From: an uncultured Gemmatimonadales bacterium
Lineage (GTDB): Bacteria > Gemmatimonadota > Gemmatimonadetes > Gemmatimonadales > GWC2-71-9
Length of the DNA: 64,000 nt
Assembly (NCBI GenBank): GCA_963842945.1
Contig: CAWJIM010000005.1
Coordinates: 64,001 to 128,000, forward strand
Direction of reading: 5' to 3'
A program made the position numbers and the translations under genes. Below are positions 32,197 through 44,465 of this stretch, piece after piece. The notes beneath the pieces were generated by a model. The model worked only from the letters and a program-made list of their open reading frames with translations. It had not been told where the DNA came from and searched no databases. The number at the start of each line of letters is the position of its first letter. Within the stretch, counting starts at the first letter, position 1.

Positions 32197-32676
32197 ATGA
32201 GCACCAGCAAGCTCTCGCCCGATCGGGCGAGTACCGACCAGATCCAGAAGAGCATCATTCTGCGGGCCCCGCGGTCTCGGGTCTGGCAGGCCCTGACCGA
32301 TCCGGCCCAGTTCGGCCAATGGTTCGGCACCCGGCTGACCGGCCGGTTCGCTCCGGGCCAGACAACGCGGGGCCCGATCACCATTCCGAAGTACGAGCAC
32401 CTTGCCTTCGAGGTTGTCGTCGAGCAGATGGAGCCGGAGCGGCTCTTTTCCTGGCGCTGGCAGCCGGGGGGCAATCCGGACGTCGATCCAGCCGAGCCGA
32501 TGACTCTCGTGGTATTCGAGTTGGAAGAGATTCCGGAGGGAACTCGACTCACCGTCACCGAGTCGGGCTTCGATCAGATTCCCGTCGCCCGCCGGACCAA
32601 GGCGTACCGGGGGAACGAAGCCGGCTGGACCGGGCAACTCGAGAACATCACTCGATACCTTGCCCGCGCGAGTTAG
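32197..32676 (+). CDS. SRPBCC/AHSA1 family protein
   Basis: APRSRVWQALTD..FGQWFG, FSWRW, GTRLTVTESGF, GW. Confidence 0.92.
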   Translation: MSTSKLSPDRASTDQIQKSIILRAPRSRVWQALTDPAQFGQWFGTRLTGRFAPGQTTRGPITIPKYEHLAFEVVVEQMEPERLFSWRWQPGGNPDVDPAEPMTLVVFELEEIPEGTRLTVTESGFDQIPVARRTKAYRGNEAGWTGQLENITRYLARAS

Positions 32677-33067
32677 GCTCCGGGACCCGGCCTCGGTATT
32701 TGCCGCGCTGGGGGACCAGACCCGGCTCCGTCTGGTCTCCCGGCTGTCGAGCGGCGGTCCGGCGTCCATCAGCCGACTGACGGACGGCTCCGGGGTCACC
32801 CGTCAGGCGGTTACCAAGCATCTCCGGGTGCTGGCGGGCGCAGGCCTGGTGCGGGCCAGCCGGCGGGGGAGGGAGAGCCTCTGGCGGCTTCAGCCGGAGC
32901 GGCTGGACGAAGCGCAGCGATCGCTCGACCTGATCGCGCGGCAGTGGGACCACGCGCTGGGCAAGCTCAAGGCGTTTGTGGAGTCTCCGCTCGCCGACGG
33001 CGTCGAAGCCAGAGCAACGCAGCCCCGAGCAGCAGAACAGCGCCGACCACCAGACCGCTCCGACTGA
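32660..33067 (+). CDS. ArsR/SmtB family transcriptional regulator
   Basis: FAALGDQTRL, VTRQAVTKHLRVL..AGLV, GRE. Confidence 0.9.
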   Translation: MPARVRLRDPASVFAALGDQTRLRLVSRLSSGGPASISRLTDGSGVTRQAVTKHLRVLAGAGLVRASRRGRESLWRLQPERLDEAQRSLDLIARQWDHALGKLKAFVESPLADGVEARATQPRAAEQRRPPDRSD

Positions 33068-33626
33068 TCCACTTTTCAGCCACCTGCCAGCTCGCGCCGA
33101 GCACGTAGCCGAGAGTGACGAACGCGACGGTCCAGAGCCCGGCCCCCAGGGCGTCGGCCACCACGAACCGGCGATAAGACATTCGTGAAGCTCCGGCCAC
33201 AAACGGCACCAGCGCCCGGGCAAAGCCGATGAAGCGTCCGATGAATACGGCCCGGGATCCTTGCCGCTGAAAAAACGCGTCCACCTGGGCCAGGCGCTTC
33301 TTCCGAAGGCCGAAGCGGGAGCCTTTCTTCAGCAGCCACTCCCGGCCGAGGCGGGCCCCAAGCAGGTATCCGATGTTGTCACCCGCCACCGCACCCAGGG
33401 CAACGGCAGCGATAACGGCGTCGAGCTCCAGAATTCCCTGATGGGCAAAGAACCCCGAGGCGAGTACCAGGCTCTCTCCGGGTACCAGCAGCCCGGCAAA
33501 GGCGGCACACTCGAGCATGGCCGCCCCAAAGATGATGAGATAGCTCCAATCACCCAGGCGGGTGACCAGATCGAGCAGATACTGCAGGATACTGTGCGCG
33601 TCCGGCTGAAGAGCCACCCTCAACAT
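32967..33626 (-). CDS. DedA family membrane protein
   Basis: GLLVPGE, GDNIGYLLG, FIGRFIG, PFVAGAS. Confidence 0.9.
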   Translation of the reverse strand: MLRVALQPDAHSILQYLLDLVTRLGDWSYLIIFGAAMLECAAFAGLLVPGESLVLASGFFAHQGILELDAVIAAVALGAVAGDNIGYLLGARLGREWLLKKGSRFGLRKKRLAQVDAFFQRQGSRAVFIGRFIGFARALVPFVAGASRMSYRRFVVADALGAGLWTVAFVTLGYVLGASWQVAEKWISRSGLVVGAVLLLGAALLWLRRRRRAETPQTP

Positions 33627-34037
33627 GCCCGGTGCCGATTCCCCAGGTCCACATCGAACCGGGCGGTGTCCCGGGCTGGATCGCCGATGCGGAACTCGAG
33701 CGTGCCACCCTCTATCGTATCGGTCGTTCCGCCGGTGGTGACCTCCAGCTGCATGCTGGCCGGGCCAGGGACGGCAAAGGAAGGGCTTATGTGAAAGGCA
33801 TAGCCGCCGTCGTGCGTGGTTGTCACCGGACCGATTTGGGTGTTGACCGGACGGGTCTGCTCCTGGAGATCCTGCTGCACCATCAGCAGGACCGATGCGT
33901 TCGGCCACGGCTTCACCGCAGTTCGTAACGACGCCCCGGATTGCGACGGTGACCGGTGCACCGGCCGAGATGGCGAGATATGCGACTTCGCAACCGGTCG
34001 CCATGAACAGGACAATCCAGACTGACGAAGCTTTCAC
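33620..34037 (-). CDS. Hypothetical lipoprotein; frameshift near 33910
   Basis: VKASSVWIVLFMATGC signal in one frame continuing as a beta-rich domain in ORF 33620..34015. Confidence 0.5.
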
Positions 34038-34048
34038 CGTCTGCACCC

Positions 34049-35630
34049 TCAGGCGGGCTGGTGGGTCTGCCACCACTGCGTGGCGGCTTCTTCGCTCCAC
34101 GGCTCGACCTCGATTTCCCCCAGCACCCGCTCCAGCTCGGCGGCGCTGCGGGGCCGATCCTCCGGCTTCTTTTCCAGACAGGCGAGCACCACCCGATCGA
34201 GCTCCGGAGCAACATCCAGCTCGGAGCGCTGCGAGGGAGGCACCGGCTTCTCCTGGATGTGCTTGGTAATCATCTGCAGCCCGTTCGCGGCCTGGAACAC
34301 CAACTGTCCAGTAAGTAGGAAATACGCGACACAGCCGAGGCCGTAAAGATCGGCTCGGCCGTCAGGGGGTTCGCCCAGCGCCATCTCGGGTGCCAGATAC
34401 GCCGGGGTCCCCGGGGTGAGTCCGATGGCCGTGGCCATGGCGTCGTCGCTCTGCGGCAGCACCGATTTTACCAGTCCAAAATCCAGCACCTTCACGAAAT
34501 CGTGCTTCAGGCCCACCCGTCCCACGTGAATGTTGGCCGGCTTGATGTCCCGGTGGACCAGCCCGGAGGCATGGGCTTCTTCCAGTGAGTCGCAAACCTG
34601 CCGCACGATGTGGATCACCCGCCCCTGCGGGATGGGACCCTCCTTCCGCACCAGGGTCTCCAGATCCATGCCCTCGAGCAGCTCCATCACGAAATACAAT
34701 GTGCCGTCTTCGGTCTCGCCGAAGTCGTACAGCTCCACCGTGTGCGGGTGAACGGAGTTTGGCGGCGGCATCGGCTTCCCGTTTGAACCGGGCCACAGCC
34801 AGGTCCGCGCTACGGGGATCCTGGGACGAGAGCACCTCGGGGCGGATCAGCTTGATGGCCGCGGGGCGGGCCAGCATGCGGTGAGTGGCCCGGTACACGG
34901 ACCCCATGCCTCCTTCGCCCAACACCTCACCGAGCCGGTAACTGCCCAACTCCCGTTCCTTGGCCACCTCACGTCCGAGGCCGGTCACTACCCGGGAGAT
35001 CACCACCGCCACCCCCAACAGCAAGTAATTGGGATAGTGCATCAGAAACGCGTTGCGGAGCGGACCGAAGTGGTACACGCCTTGGGCTTGGGCAGTGATC
35101 ATGCCGAGCGGATCCATTGATGCGGCGATGAGACCGGCAACGGCCATCTTCCACGGGGGCACCGGCATCAGCGCCGCAAACATGAGAATGACCGGCGCGG
35201 TCCAGGTGATCATCGGCGTGGGGTCCATCGGCGTTGCCGAGGGCGGACCCCAGTGAATCATCAGCCCGATGCACGCGGCGCACGCGACCATATACAGCAG
35301 AGCCAGGTCCATCACGAAGCGGGGGTTTCGCTCGCGGATCCTGGTGTAGAGGAACACAACGAGCGAAATAGCCACTCCCAGCGCTGCTATCCGGTCGATC
35401 GCACCGAACTCCGCCCACCGAGGATCATTCGGCTGGGTCAGGGCCAGAGCCAGGTGGCCGAAGGCAGGGCCCAAAACCCAGAGGCTCGCCCCGACCAGCG
35501 CAAGAATCTGGAGCCGCCGCGAGGCCTGGCGCAGCAGATCGGCGGGGAACTGCCGGCGATAGCCCTGGCTGGTTCTGAGGTCGGGCGGTGTGGTCTGGGC
35601 CGGATGGCCAATGAGTTTTGTTTGGGGCAT
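34049..35630 (-). CDS. Ser/Thr protein kinase with multi-pass N-terminal membrane domain; frameshift near 34748
   Basis: LGEGGMGSV, AIKLI, HRDIKPAN, DFG, GTPAYLAPE; AGGAG before ATG 35630. Confidence 0.92.
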
Positions 35631-35662
35631 AGGCTCCTGCATCACTGATTTAAAGCTAACCG

Positions 35663-36271
35663 TCAGCCCAGGGCCTGCCGGGCAAGGCGCTGAAGCAGGG
35701 CGGTGACCTGGTCTGTCCGACGTTTGGGACCCGCCAGCGCATCGTAGGTCGCGAACCCGGTCAGCATGAACAGCAGGTCCTCCGCGTCCCGCATCTCCTT
35801 TCGTTTGGGGCGGCCGGCCTGTTTCACCAGCCGCTCCAGCAGCACCCGCGCCCCCTTCCGCCTCCACTCGGAGCGTTCGGCGAGCACGGTGGCAAAGTCC
35901 GGATCGAGCGATGTGAACGCTCCCAGGGCCCGAATTACCGACCGGTCGGACTCCCAGAATTTCACGAATACCGCAATGAATCGATCGATCCCCTCGCGCG
36001 CATCCAGTTGGTGGAAGGCTTCGGACAGGTGTTGCATGCCGCCGGCGCTGGCCAGTGAATCGAGCAGGGCTTCGAGCAGGCCGCGCAGCGAGCCGAACTG
36101 GTAGTACACGGTCATCCGCGCCACCCCGGCCTTCCGGGCCACCTCCTCCATGGAGAAGTGCGATGCCCCCTTTGGCGACGCCAACAGATCCCGGGCGGCG
36201 GCGAGAATGCGGGCGCGATTCTCGTCGGCGCTCTCGCGGCGGCGTTTCATCCGATAGGGGCGCGGGCTCAT
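35663..36271 (-). CDS. TetR/AcrR family regulator
   Basis: RILAAA..SMEEVARKAGVARMTVYYQFGS HTH. Confidence 0.92.
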   Translation of the reverse strand: MSPRPYRMKRRRESADENRARILAAARDLLASPKGASHFSMEEVARKAGVARMTVYYQFGSLRGLLEALLDSLASAGGMQHLSEAFHQLDAREGIDRFIAVFVKFWESDRSVIRALGAFTSLDPDFATVLAERSEWRRKGARVLLERLVKQAGRPKRKEMRDAEDLLFMLTGFATYDALAGPKRRTDQVTALLQRLARQALG

Positions 36272-36276
36272 GGCTC

Positions 36277-36332
36277 TTGACACCCTAATTTAGTCGTATA
36301 CACTGTACAAGCAAATCATACAGCAGGTACAA
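36277..36332 (+). promoter_or_regulatory. Sigma70-type promoter with putative TetR operators
   Basis: TTGACA (36277)-16bp-TACACT (36299); related motifs TATACACTGTACAA and CATACAGCAGGTACAA. Confidence 0.6.
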
Positions 36333-36354
36333 CGAATACTCGCGAGGCGCCGCC

Positions 36355-36871
36355 ATGGACGAGCGTACCCTGACCATCATCCTCCGGCTCATCCACATCC
36401 TGGGCGGGATCTTCTGGGTTGGAGCCATGATCATGCTGGCCGGATTCCTGATTCCCGACAGTGCGTGCGACAGGACGGGAAGGGGGCCGGTTCATGCAAA
36501 CCCTCATGCAGCAGCAACGGCTGCAGTTCTACCTCGGGCTCGCCGCGGGGTTGACCGTGTTGTCGGGAATAACCATGTACGCCCGGATGGCGGCGGCGAC
36601 CCATGGGGCCTGGGCCGGATCCCGCCCCGGGATCGCCTACGGCGTAGGCGCGGTCGCCGCCATCCTTGCTGCCGCCGTCGGAGGCGGGATCAGCGGCTCG
36701 GCGGGTCGAAAGATGCTGGCTGTTGGGCAGGCGATTGGGTCCGCCGCGCCGTCAGTCGAACAGCAAGCCGAGCTGGGTCGGCTCCAAGGCCGGATGGCGC
36801 TGGGCGCCCGGCTTGCTGCAGGCCTACTGGTTATTGCGGCGAGCGCGATGGCGGTTGGCCGGTATCTCTAA
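36355..36871 (+). CDS. Four-helix membrane protein (DUF2269/CopD-like); frameshift near 36458
   Basis: LRLIHILGGIFWVG start joined to the hydrophobic ORF 36461..36871; divergent from TetR. Confidence 0.75.
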
Positions 36872-36872
36872 G

Positions 36873-36915
36873 GCGGGGCAGCGGGGCAGCGGGGCAGCAG
36901 GGCAGCAGATGGCAG
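36873..36915. repeat. Octamer repeat (GCGGGGCA)n between convergent genes
   Basis: Three perfect units plus degenerate copies; reverse complement of the 46639 array unit. Confidence 0.85.
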
Positions 36916-36953
36916 GACAGGAAGAGGGTGACGGTAGTCCTGGTAGCCGGCGG

Positions 36954-37869
36954 TTAGCGGGCCAATCGCCCGAGCTTGCGGCGGGCGCCGGCGAGAGATA
37001 CAGCACTCTCCCAGAAATCGGCCCAGGGATCGGTAATCCGGTCGAGGCGGGCGAAGAGATTGCGGATGGTAAAGCTGTTTGCCCGGAGATCCTTCTTCTT
37101 GAGCTCACCCCAGTCCAGCGGTACCGAGACCGGCGCTCCTTTGCGCGCCCGCACCGCATAGGCCGGCGCCACCAGCTGGGCGTAGCCGTTCCGGTTGGTG
37201 TCGATGAAGATCCGATTGCCCCGATTGGCCTTGAGCTGCTCCATGGTTCGGGCTCGGGGCGCCCGGCTCACGATGACGCTGGCCAGATCCCGTCCGAAGG
37301 CACGAACCCCGTCATACGGCTCCCGCCGTTGCAAGGGAACCACCACGTGAAGTCCCCGTGACCCAGTGGTCTTCAGGAAAGCGGGCAGCTCCAGCTCATC
37401 GAGCAGCTGCTTGAAGTCCACGCGCCGTAGCCTTGACCACCTCGAAGTCGTCACCCTGAGGGTCGAGGTCGAAAACCAGCTGGTCCGGTACGTCGAGCTT
37501 ATCCGTGCGACTCAGAAAAATGTGGGGCGTGACGCAGGCCTGGTTGGCGAGGTAGACCAGGGTGGCGGTGTCGTTGCAGATGAGGTGGGTGACGGTTCCT
37601 CCCACCTTCTCTACCGTGACCGTCCGGATCCACTTGGGGAAATAGGAGGAGACCTCCTTCTGAAAGAACCGCTTGCTGTCGATGCCGTTGGGATAGCGCT
37701 CCAGGGTGAGCGGCCGGTCCCTGAGCTGCGGCAGCATCCGCGGCGCGATCCGGGCGTAGTAATCGATCAGATCTCCCTTGGTGATGCCGTCGTCGGGGAA
37801 GAGCACCTTCTCCGGACGGCTGATCTCGATCTCTCGCCGATCGACTCGAATCACGCCCGATATCGCCAT
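36954..37869 (-). CDS. ligD: Stand-alone LigD-type primase-polymerase domain; frameshift near 37425
   Basis: TKGDLIDYY, RYPNGI..FFQK, FDLDP, KTTGSRGLHV, APVSVPLDW. Confidence 0.9.
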
Positions 37870-37874
37870 CGGAC

Positions 37875-39300
37875 CTAATCGATCCCCACCCGTCCTTCAA
37901 TGGACGCAATCAGCTTGGCCGGGTCGTAGCCGACACCGTCCTTGAACACCACGGTCGGGTTTCGAATGGCCGAAGGCTGGCTGGTCAAGTCGCCCTTGAG
38001 CACCACCAGGTCGGCGAGCTTGCCTGCCTGGACCGAGCCCAGCCGCTGCTGGACCCCCAGAATTTTTGCTCCGTTCAACGTCATGATCTGGATGGTTTGT
38101 TGCGGAGTGAATCCGGCTTCAGTCAGCAGCTCGTAGTTTCGCTGATCGCCGTAGCCGGCCAGCGCTCCGCCCAGGCCGGTCGGATCGACCCCGGCCGCGA
38201 GAAGGCCTCCCGCCTCGACGAACTCCTTCTCGAATGCCATGGCGCTCCGGAGTCCTTCCGCCGCGATCGGGCCGCTGCCGCTGGAGTCGATCTCATTGCG
38301 CATCTTCATGTAGCTGGCCCGCACCTCGGGCGACATCGCATTCAGCACCCGCGCGTCCTTGGTCGGGCGATTGGCGACGAACGGCTCGTAGACCGCCAGG
38401 GTCGATGTCATCGACACCTTGTGCCGAACCATCGTCTGAATCACCGATTTCGCGGTTTCGCTTTGCACATCGGCCGAATTGTTGCGGCCGACGACGCTGA
38501 CCGGACACACATCGGGTTGCTTCGACGGATCGAAATCCGAGGCGGTGAGCATCCCATGCTCCAGATTATCGATTCCCAGCTCCACCGCCTCCCGGAAGGA
38601 AACGGAGCAGAGATGTCCGGTGACCTTGATCCCGTGCTTGTGGGCCTCCTTGATGGCCGCCCCCAGCTCCGACCGGCGGATGTCGGTGTAGGCCTTGATC
38701 CAGGTGGCGCCTTCACTGGCCCAGTACGCCACGAACCGGCGCGCTTCCTCCGGTGAGGTTACCACGTCCATGCTGCCGCCGCCCGGCGCACCGGTGATGT
38801 ACGGAGCCGTGAGGTGAATCCGGGGCCCGGGCACCAGGCCTCGGTTGATATTCTCCCGCAAATTGATCTCCGCGTAGGGCGAGCGGCCTCCCGCGGTGCG
38901 GATGGTGGTGACTCCCGAGGCGAGGTACAGCCGCGGACCGGTATAGGACATCTGGGCCGCGCGCCCGCCTGCCGCGGTGTAGAAGAGATGGTCGTGCAGC
39001 CCGATCAGGCCTGGAATCAGGGTGTGTCCGTTGAGGTCCATCGTGACGGCTCCGGCCGGCACGCGGACAGCGGCGGTCGGCCCGACCTGCGCGATGCGTC
39101 CGTTCTGAACCAGAACCGTCTGATCGGTCTTGGGAGCGCTGCCGGTCCCGTCGATCAGGAGCACGTGGGTGAGCGCAACGGCGGCGGTATCCACCGCCAC
39201 GTACTTGCGCACCTCCTCGGCCAGCGAGTCGGGTCGCTGGGCAAGAAGCATCGCGGCTGGCAAAGTCGACACTGCAAGAAGCAAGGCAGGGAGCCCGCAT
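37875..39300 (-). CDS. Secreted amidohydrolase; probable indel in the signal peptide
   Basis: PGLIGLHDH (HxH), VTGHL, EHG, GKLADLVVL; GGAG before ATG 39300. Confidence 0.88.
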
Positions 39301-39341
39301 AGGTTCTCCGAAGATGTATCCTGAACGAAGTGAAGGATCGT

Positions 39342-41496
39342 CTATTTCACCGTAAAGGCTGCCATCATTCCGGCGGAGAGGTGCTCGGCGATATGGCAGT
39401 GCGCCATCCAGCGACCGGGATTGGAAGGGTCGAGCAGAATATCCACCGTGCTGCCCGCCGGCACCAGCACGGTGTCCTTCCAGACCAGGTTCTGGTTGGG
39501 CTCTCCATTCACGGCCAGAACCAGAAATCGCTGCCCGTGAAAATGGATGGGGTGCTGCATGGCGTGGGCGCTCTGCCGCTGATTGACCAGATGAATCCGG
39601 ACCGGTTCACCGCGTCGAAAGCGCCAGTCGATGTCCATGTTCTCCCTGCCGGTGTCCTGATCTCGCAGAATCCATCGTACCTGCCGCCCGGTCGAAGCCC
39701 AGTTCATCATCGGCATCGTCCCGCTCCACTCCACCGGGGGGAAGTAGATCGAGTCCAGCTGCATGAGCCGCTGGCTGATTGCCGGCAAGCCGGTGGTTTG
39801 CAGTGTGAGCTCCAGAGTCTTTTCGGGTGACCGATCGGCGCGGCGGCGATACCCCTCCAGCTCGGCGGCCACCTCGGCGTGGCGCTTCAGCTCGCTGAAA
39901 GTACCACCTGAACTCCCCGGGCCCGGCTTGGCCGAAACCTCCACCACGCCCAGGGTGTCCACCTCATCGAAGAAACGGCCATACAGGTGGTTGAGGCCGC
40001 GCACCCGGTTCAGCAACGGAACCTTGCCGGCGTGGTCGAACCGGACATCCACGATGTAGCGCTCGGCGGGAGCGATCACCACGCTTCTGACCCATTCATC
40101 TTTTTGGTACGGACCCAGGTCGGAGCCGACCAGCTTCATCCTTGCGTTCGGGAACGAAAGATTCATCATCCGGGCGTTGGCAGCGTTGGTCAGAAAGAAG
40201 CGGAGGACCTCGCCCCGTTTGACCCGCAGGTGGTAGTCGGCCTCGCCGTTCACCAGGAAGACGTTGCCGAAGCGGCCCATCAAGGCATGAGTCGGGGCGT
40301 CCCGCCCCAACGGTACCATTCCGGCATCGGACAGCAGGATATCGTCCAGCATCAGCACGGCCTCGCGGTCCACGGCCTCCAGGGTTTCCGAGTCCGAGCG
40401 GACCAGCAGGTTTCCATATAGACCCAGCTCCTGCTGGAGGTCCTCCCGCACGTGCGGGTGATACCAGTAGATGCCCGCGTCGGGAAAGCGCAGATGGTAA
40501 ACCAGCTCGGCGCCGGGCTCGACCGCCGGCTGAGTCAGCCCTGGTGTTCCGTCGTTCGGGTTGTCCAGCCGAATCCCGTGCCAGTGCACCGATGAAGGCT
40601 GCGGCAGGTGATTGATGAAGCGCACCGTGATCCGGGAGTTCCGCGCAACTTCGAGCAGCGGACCGGGATGCTGCCGGTTGAAGCCCAGCATCGTATAGGT
40701 CCGGCCGAGAATGGTTCGTTGAACAATGCCCGCTTCCAGACGCAGGGTGTCTCCGTCTCTCAACTCGATCAGCTCCCGAGGTTGCGCCGTGCGCAGCGGG
40801 GCCCGCGGGAAGCCATCCAGCAAGGTCTGGTCGCAACGCCATTTCGGCGGGAAGCATCGTAATGCCGGGTGGCATCGGAACCGTGGTCCATCCCAATGGG
40901 TCCGCCGTCGAAGCCGGATCGTGGTGCGGGGAGCGGTGCTCCGAATTTTCTCCTGCTGCGGAGCCGGTCATCGAACCCAGAGTCAGTTGAAGCAGGTCCG
41001 GCGGGTAAAGCCGAGTGGCCGGGGACTGCGCCCGAAGCACGATTCGGGTCCCTGGCCGCCGGCCGTGGGGGTTTCGCTCCGCCGTGACCAGAAAGGTGAA
41101 TTTCTCGAGGTCGACGACTCCCAGCCTTGTCCGGCCATTGCTCACTGCACCCTGGCTCACGATCGAGTCCATGGTCGGTGTCGCGACCCAGGCCACGTAG
41201 GTGGTGAAATCGCCAAGGGAGGAGGGCGGTGGCAGCCCTGCTGCCGAGAGGATCAGCTGAAAGCGGGTGCGGCCCTCGGGCGTGACGGCCATAGTAAATG
41301 GGCCGGGGACATGGCCCAGTTCGAGACGACCTGAGGCACCACTGAATCCCGGCGCGGCCACCAACTCCATGCAGTAGAGGTCCCGGCTGGGGCTGGCGGC
41401 CGATGACGCAGCATCACAGGGCCGGCTCTGGGCCAGGGCCGGCCGAGCCCCGATAATGAGTGCGAACGGGAGAGCACGTAAACCAGAGAGCGGCAT
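39342..41496 (-). CDS. Multicopper oxidase with N-terminal extension; frameshift near 40810
   Basis: HWHG, WYHPH, HPIHFHG, HCHIAEHLSAGM copper motifs. Confidence 0.92.
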
Positions 41497-41562
41497 GAGC
41501 CATCAATCTACGTCAGCCGGTCGGGACCGGGCTTACCAGTGGGGGCTTAGATTCCGGGATCC

Positions 41563-44464
41563 ATGAGCGACGTCCCTCAGCAGCTCGCGGCAGCCTTGAC
41601 CGACCGCTACGTCCTGGAGTCGGAAGTCGGGGGCGGCGGCATGGCGACCGTATACCGGGCCCGCGACCTTCGCCACAAGCGCTCCGTGGCGCTGAAAGTC
41701 ATTCGGCCCGAGTTGAGCGGCCCGGCGGGAGTTGCGCGATTTCTGCAGGAGATCGAGCTCGCCGCCAACCTGCAGCACCCCCACATTCTTCCGGTCTTCG
41801 ATTCGGGCGTGGTCGACCTGGGCGACGGCAGCCCGATGCCCTACTTCGTCATGCCCTTGATCGAGGGCGAGACGCTGCGGCAGCTGCTGCAAAGGGACAA
41901 GCGTCTGCCGATTGATCTCGCGGTGACCATCGCGGCGGAAGTGGCCGACGCGCTGGCCTACGCCCATGCTCACGGTGTCGTCCACCGGGACATCAAGCCG
42001 GAAAACATCCTCCTGACCGGCGGTCATGCTGTGGTGGCCGACTTCGGTGTGGCCAAGGCGATCCAGCTCGGAGTGTCTCCCGAAAAAGCCGAAGCCTCGA
42101 CCCAGCTCACCCGGGCCGGCATTGCCGTCGGCACTCCGCTCTACATGAGTCCGGAGCAGGCCACCGCGGACGAGGCGATAGACGCCCGCAGCGACCAGTA
42201 CAGCCTCGGTTGCGTGCTGTACGAGATGTTGGCCGGCGAGCCTCCCTTTACCGGGCCCACCCAACAATCGGTCATTGCCAAGACGCTCAGCGCCCCCCGC
42301 CCCCACGTCAGCCGGGTGCGCTCCGAGGTCCCCGCCGAACTCGAGCAGGTGGTTCTTCGAGCAATGGCGCTCGAGCCGGCCGATCGGTATCCCGACATGC
42401 GGATGTTCGGCGCCGCGCTCCGCCGGGCCGGGAGAGCGCCAACCGCGGGAGCCCGCCGCCGCAGCTATGTCTTGGCGGCGCTGGCTCTGCTCGCCGCCGC
42501 CGGCGTCGGTGGCTGGCTTGCCACCCACTCCACTGGTCGGACCGTCGCTCCCGCGGCGGAGACCCTCGCCGTGCTGCCTTTCCATGCCTCCGGCCCCGGG
42601 GTCGAGTTCCTGGGTGAAGGCATGATGGATCTCCTGGCCACCAACCTCCGCGGCGTGGGTGGGATCAACACCGTTGATCCCCGTGTGGTGCTGCGGGAGT
42701 GGGGCAGCTCCCGAGGCGGAAGCTCGGACGATCTCTCCCATGCGCTTGCGGTCGGCCGTGATCTCCACGCCGGTTCGGTGCTACTGGGGAGTGCGGTCAG
42801 CACCGGCGGTCGGGTACGGTTGGCGGCTGATATCTACAGCATCGATGGCGAGCAACTGGGTCGGGCCCAGGTGGACGGTCCGGCCGACAGTGTGTTGGGC
42901 GTGGTGGACCGGCTCAGTGTCGCATTGCTCCGCGATGTCTGGCGCTCCAAGGAGCCGATTCCCCATCTCCGGCTTGCCTCGCTTACTACAGACTCGCTCC
43001 AGGCCCTTCGCGCGTATCTGGAGGGTGAGCGGCTATACCGGCGGCTGGCCTGGGATTCCGCGCTGGTGGCATATACCCGGGCTATAGAGGCCGACTCCAC
43101 CTTTGCCCTGGCCCATCTCCGCCGGGCGCAGGCGTTCGGCTGGACCGGCGGCTACGGCAGCAGGGAGGCCCATCAATCGGTCGCGTCTGCGGTCCGCTTT
43201 GCCAGCCGGCTGCCCGAGCGCGACCGTCGGCTCCTGGTGGGATATCGCCTGTTCGACGAGGGCAAGCCATCCGCCATCGACTCGGCGCGGGCATTTCTCA
43301 GGACCTATCCTGACGATGTCGAGGGCTGGTATGTGTTGGGCGAATCGATGTTTCACCTCCAGGCATTTCGGCCCACGCCACCTGACTCCATCACTGCCAT
43401 CTTCGACAGCGTGCTGCGCCGGGATTCGACTCTCTTTCCGGCTCTGATCCATCCACTCGACCTGGCCCTCATGTACCGCAACCGCGCCTCGTATGACCGC
43501 TATTTCCCCCGATTCGAGCGCACCGCACCGGCCGGCGATGTTGGCGCGGCTCGAACTGCCGCTGCTACCCTGTGGGGGCCTGCTCCCAGCGACAGCGCCA
43601 TGGCGGCCGCGATGCGGGAGCAGCCGTTCTGGGTGATCGAGGCCGCGTTTTCTACGTATCAGTCGGACCAGGCAACCTCGGACTCGGTGCTGCGCGTCTT
43701 CACCAGGCCGCAGAACGTCTCGCCTCCCACTCCGGCCCTTCTGGCCCGGGCCCTTGCGGTGCGGTCCCAGGTGCTCGCGGGCACCGGCCGCTGGAAGGAA
43801 GCCCGGGTGCTGCTGGACTCCTTGCGCCCCCTGGATCCCCGCGAAGGCGAGCGGCAGCACTGCATGGGCCGTGGTACTGGGACTGGCTCCCCCGTCGGTG
43901 GCGCCGGTGCTCGACTCGGTGGTACATGCCATGCCGCCGGGCCCCCAGGCCGAGTACGCGCGGGGCATGGTGGATGTGCTGCAGGGCCGGCTGGGAGAAG
44001 GGCGCCGCATCCTGGGCCGTGCGCTGGGAAATCGAGATTCTGCCTCGATCCCCGAGCCGATCCGCGGGCTAATGGTGGCGGGAGATGGGTGGGCCCAGCT
44101 GCTTCAGGGCGATTCGGTCGGGGGTATCCGGCGGATGCGCGAGGGCCTCGATCTTTCGGCATCGCCCAATGAGGAGACAGCGTTTCCTCGACTCCAGCTC
44201 GCGCTGAGTCTGGCCGCCCGGCCCGCCACGAGGGCCGAAGGAATCCGCTGGCTCACCTACGGTTTTGACATGTTGCCCCTGTACAAGCCGCTAACCCTGC
44301 TCGCGCTGGGTCACACCTATGAGGCGGCCGGCGCCCGCGACTCCGCCAAGCAGGCGTATAGCCGGTTCATCAGATTGTGGGACAAGGCAGACCCGGAGCT
44401 GCAGGGCAGGGTACGAGAGGCCAGGAGCGCGCTGCAGGAGCTCACCCGAGAAGGGCCGTCCTAG
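41563..44464 (+). CDS. Ser/Thr kinase with TM, TolB-N-like and TPR-like regions; frameshift near 43840
   Basis: GGGGMATV, VALKV, HRDIKPEN, DFG, GTPLYMSPE; LAVLPF; C-terminal RLWDKADPELQ. Confidence 0.92.
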
Positions 44465-44465
44465 C

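Noticed and set aside
31357..32799. 480-aa ORF and similar 5'-extended ORFs (44466..46304, 32967..34100, 6107..8017) as real fusions
   Set aside because: The extensions overlap well-supported genes; internal starts with RBS or signal peptides, or nearby frameshifts, explain them
32967..33067. 100-bp convergent overlap of ArsR and DedA as antisense regulation
   Set aside because: More simply explained by a non-conserved ArsR tail from a lost stop codon or a sequence error
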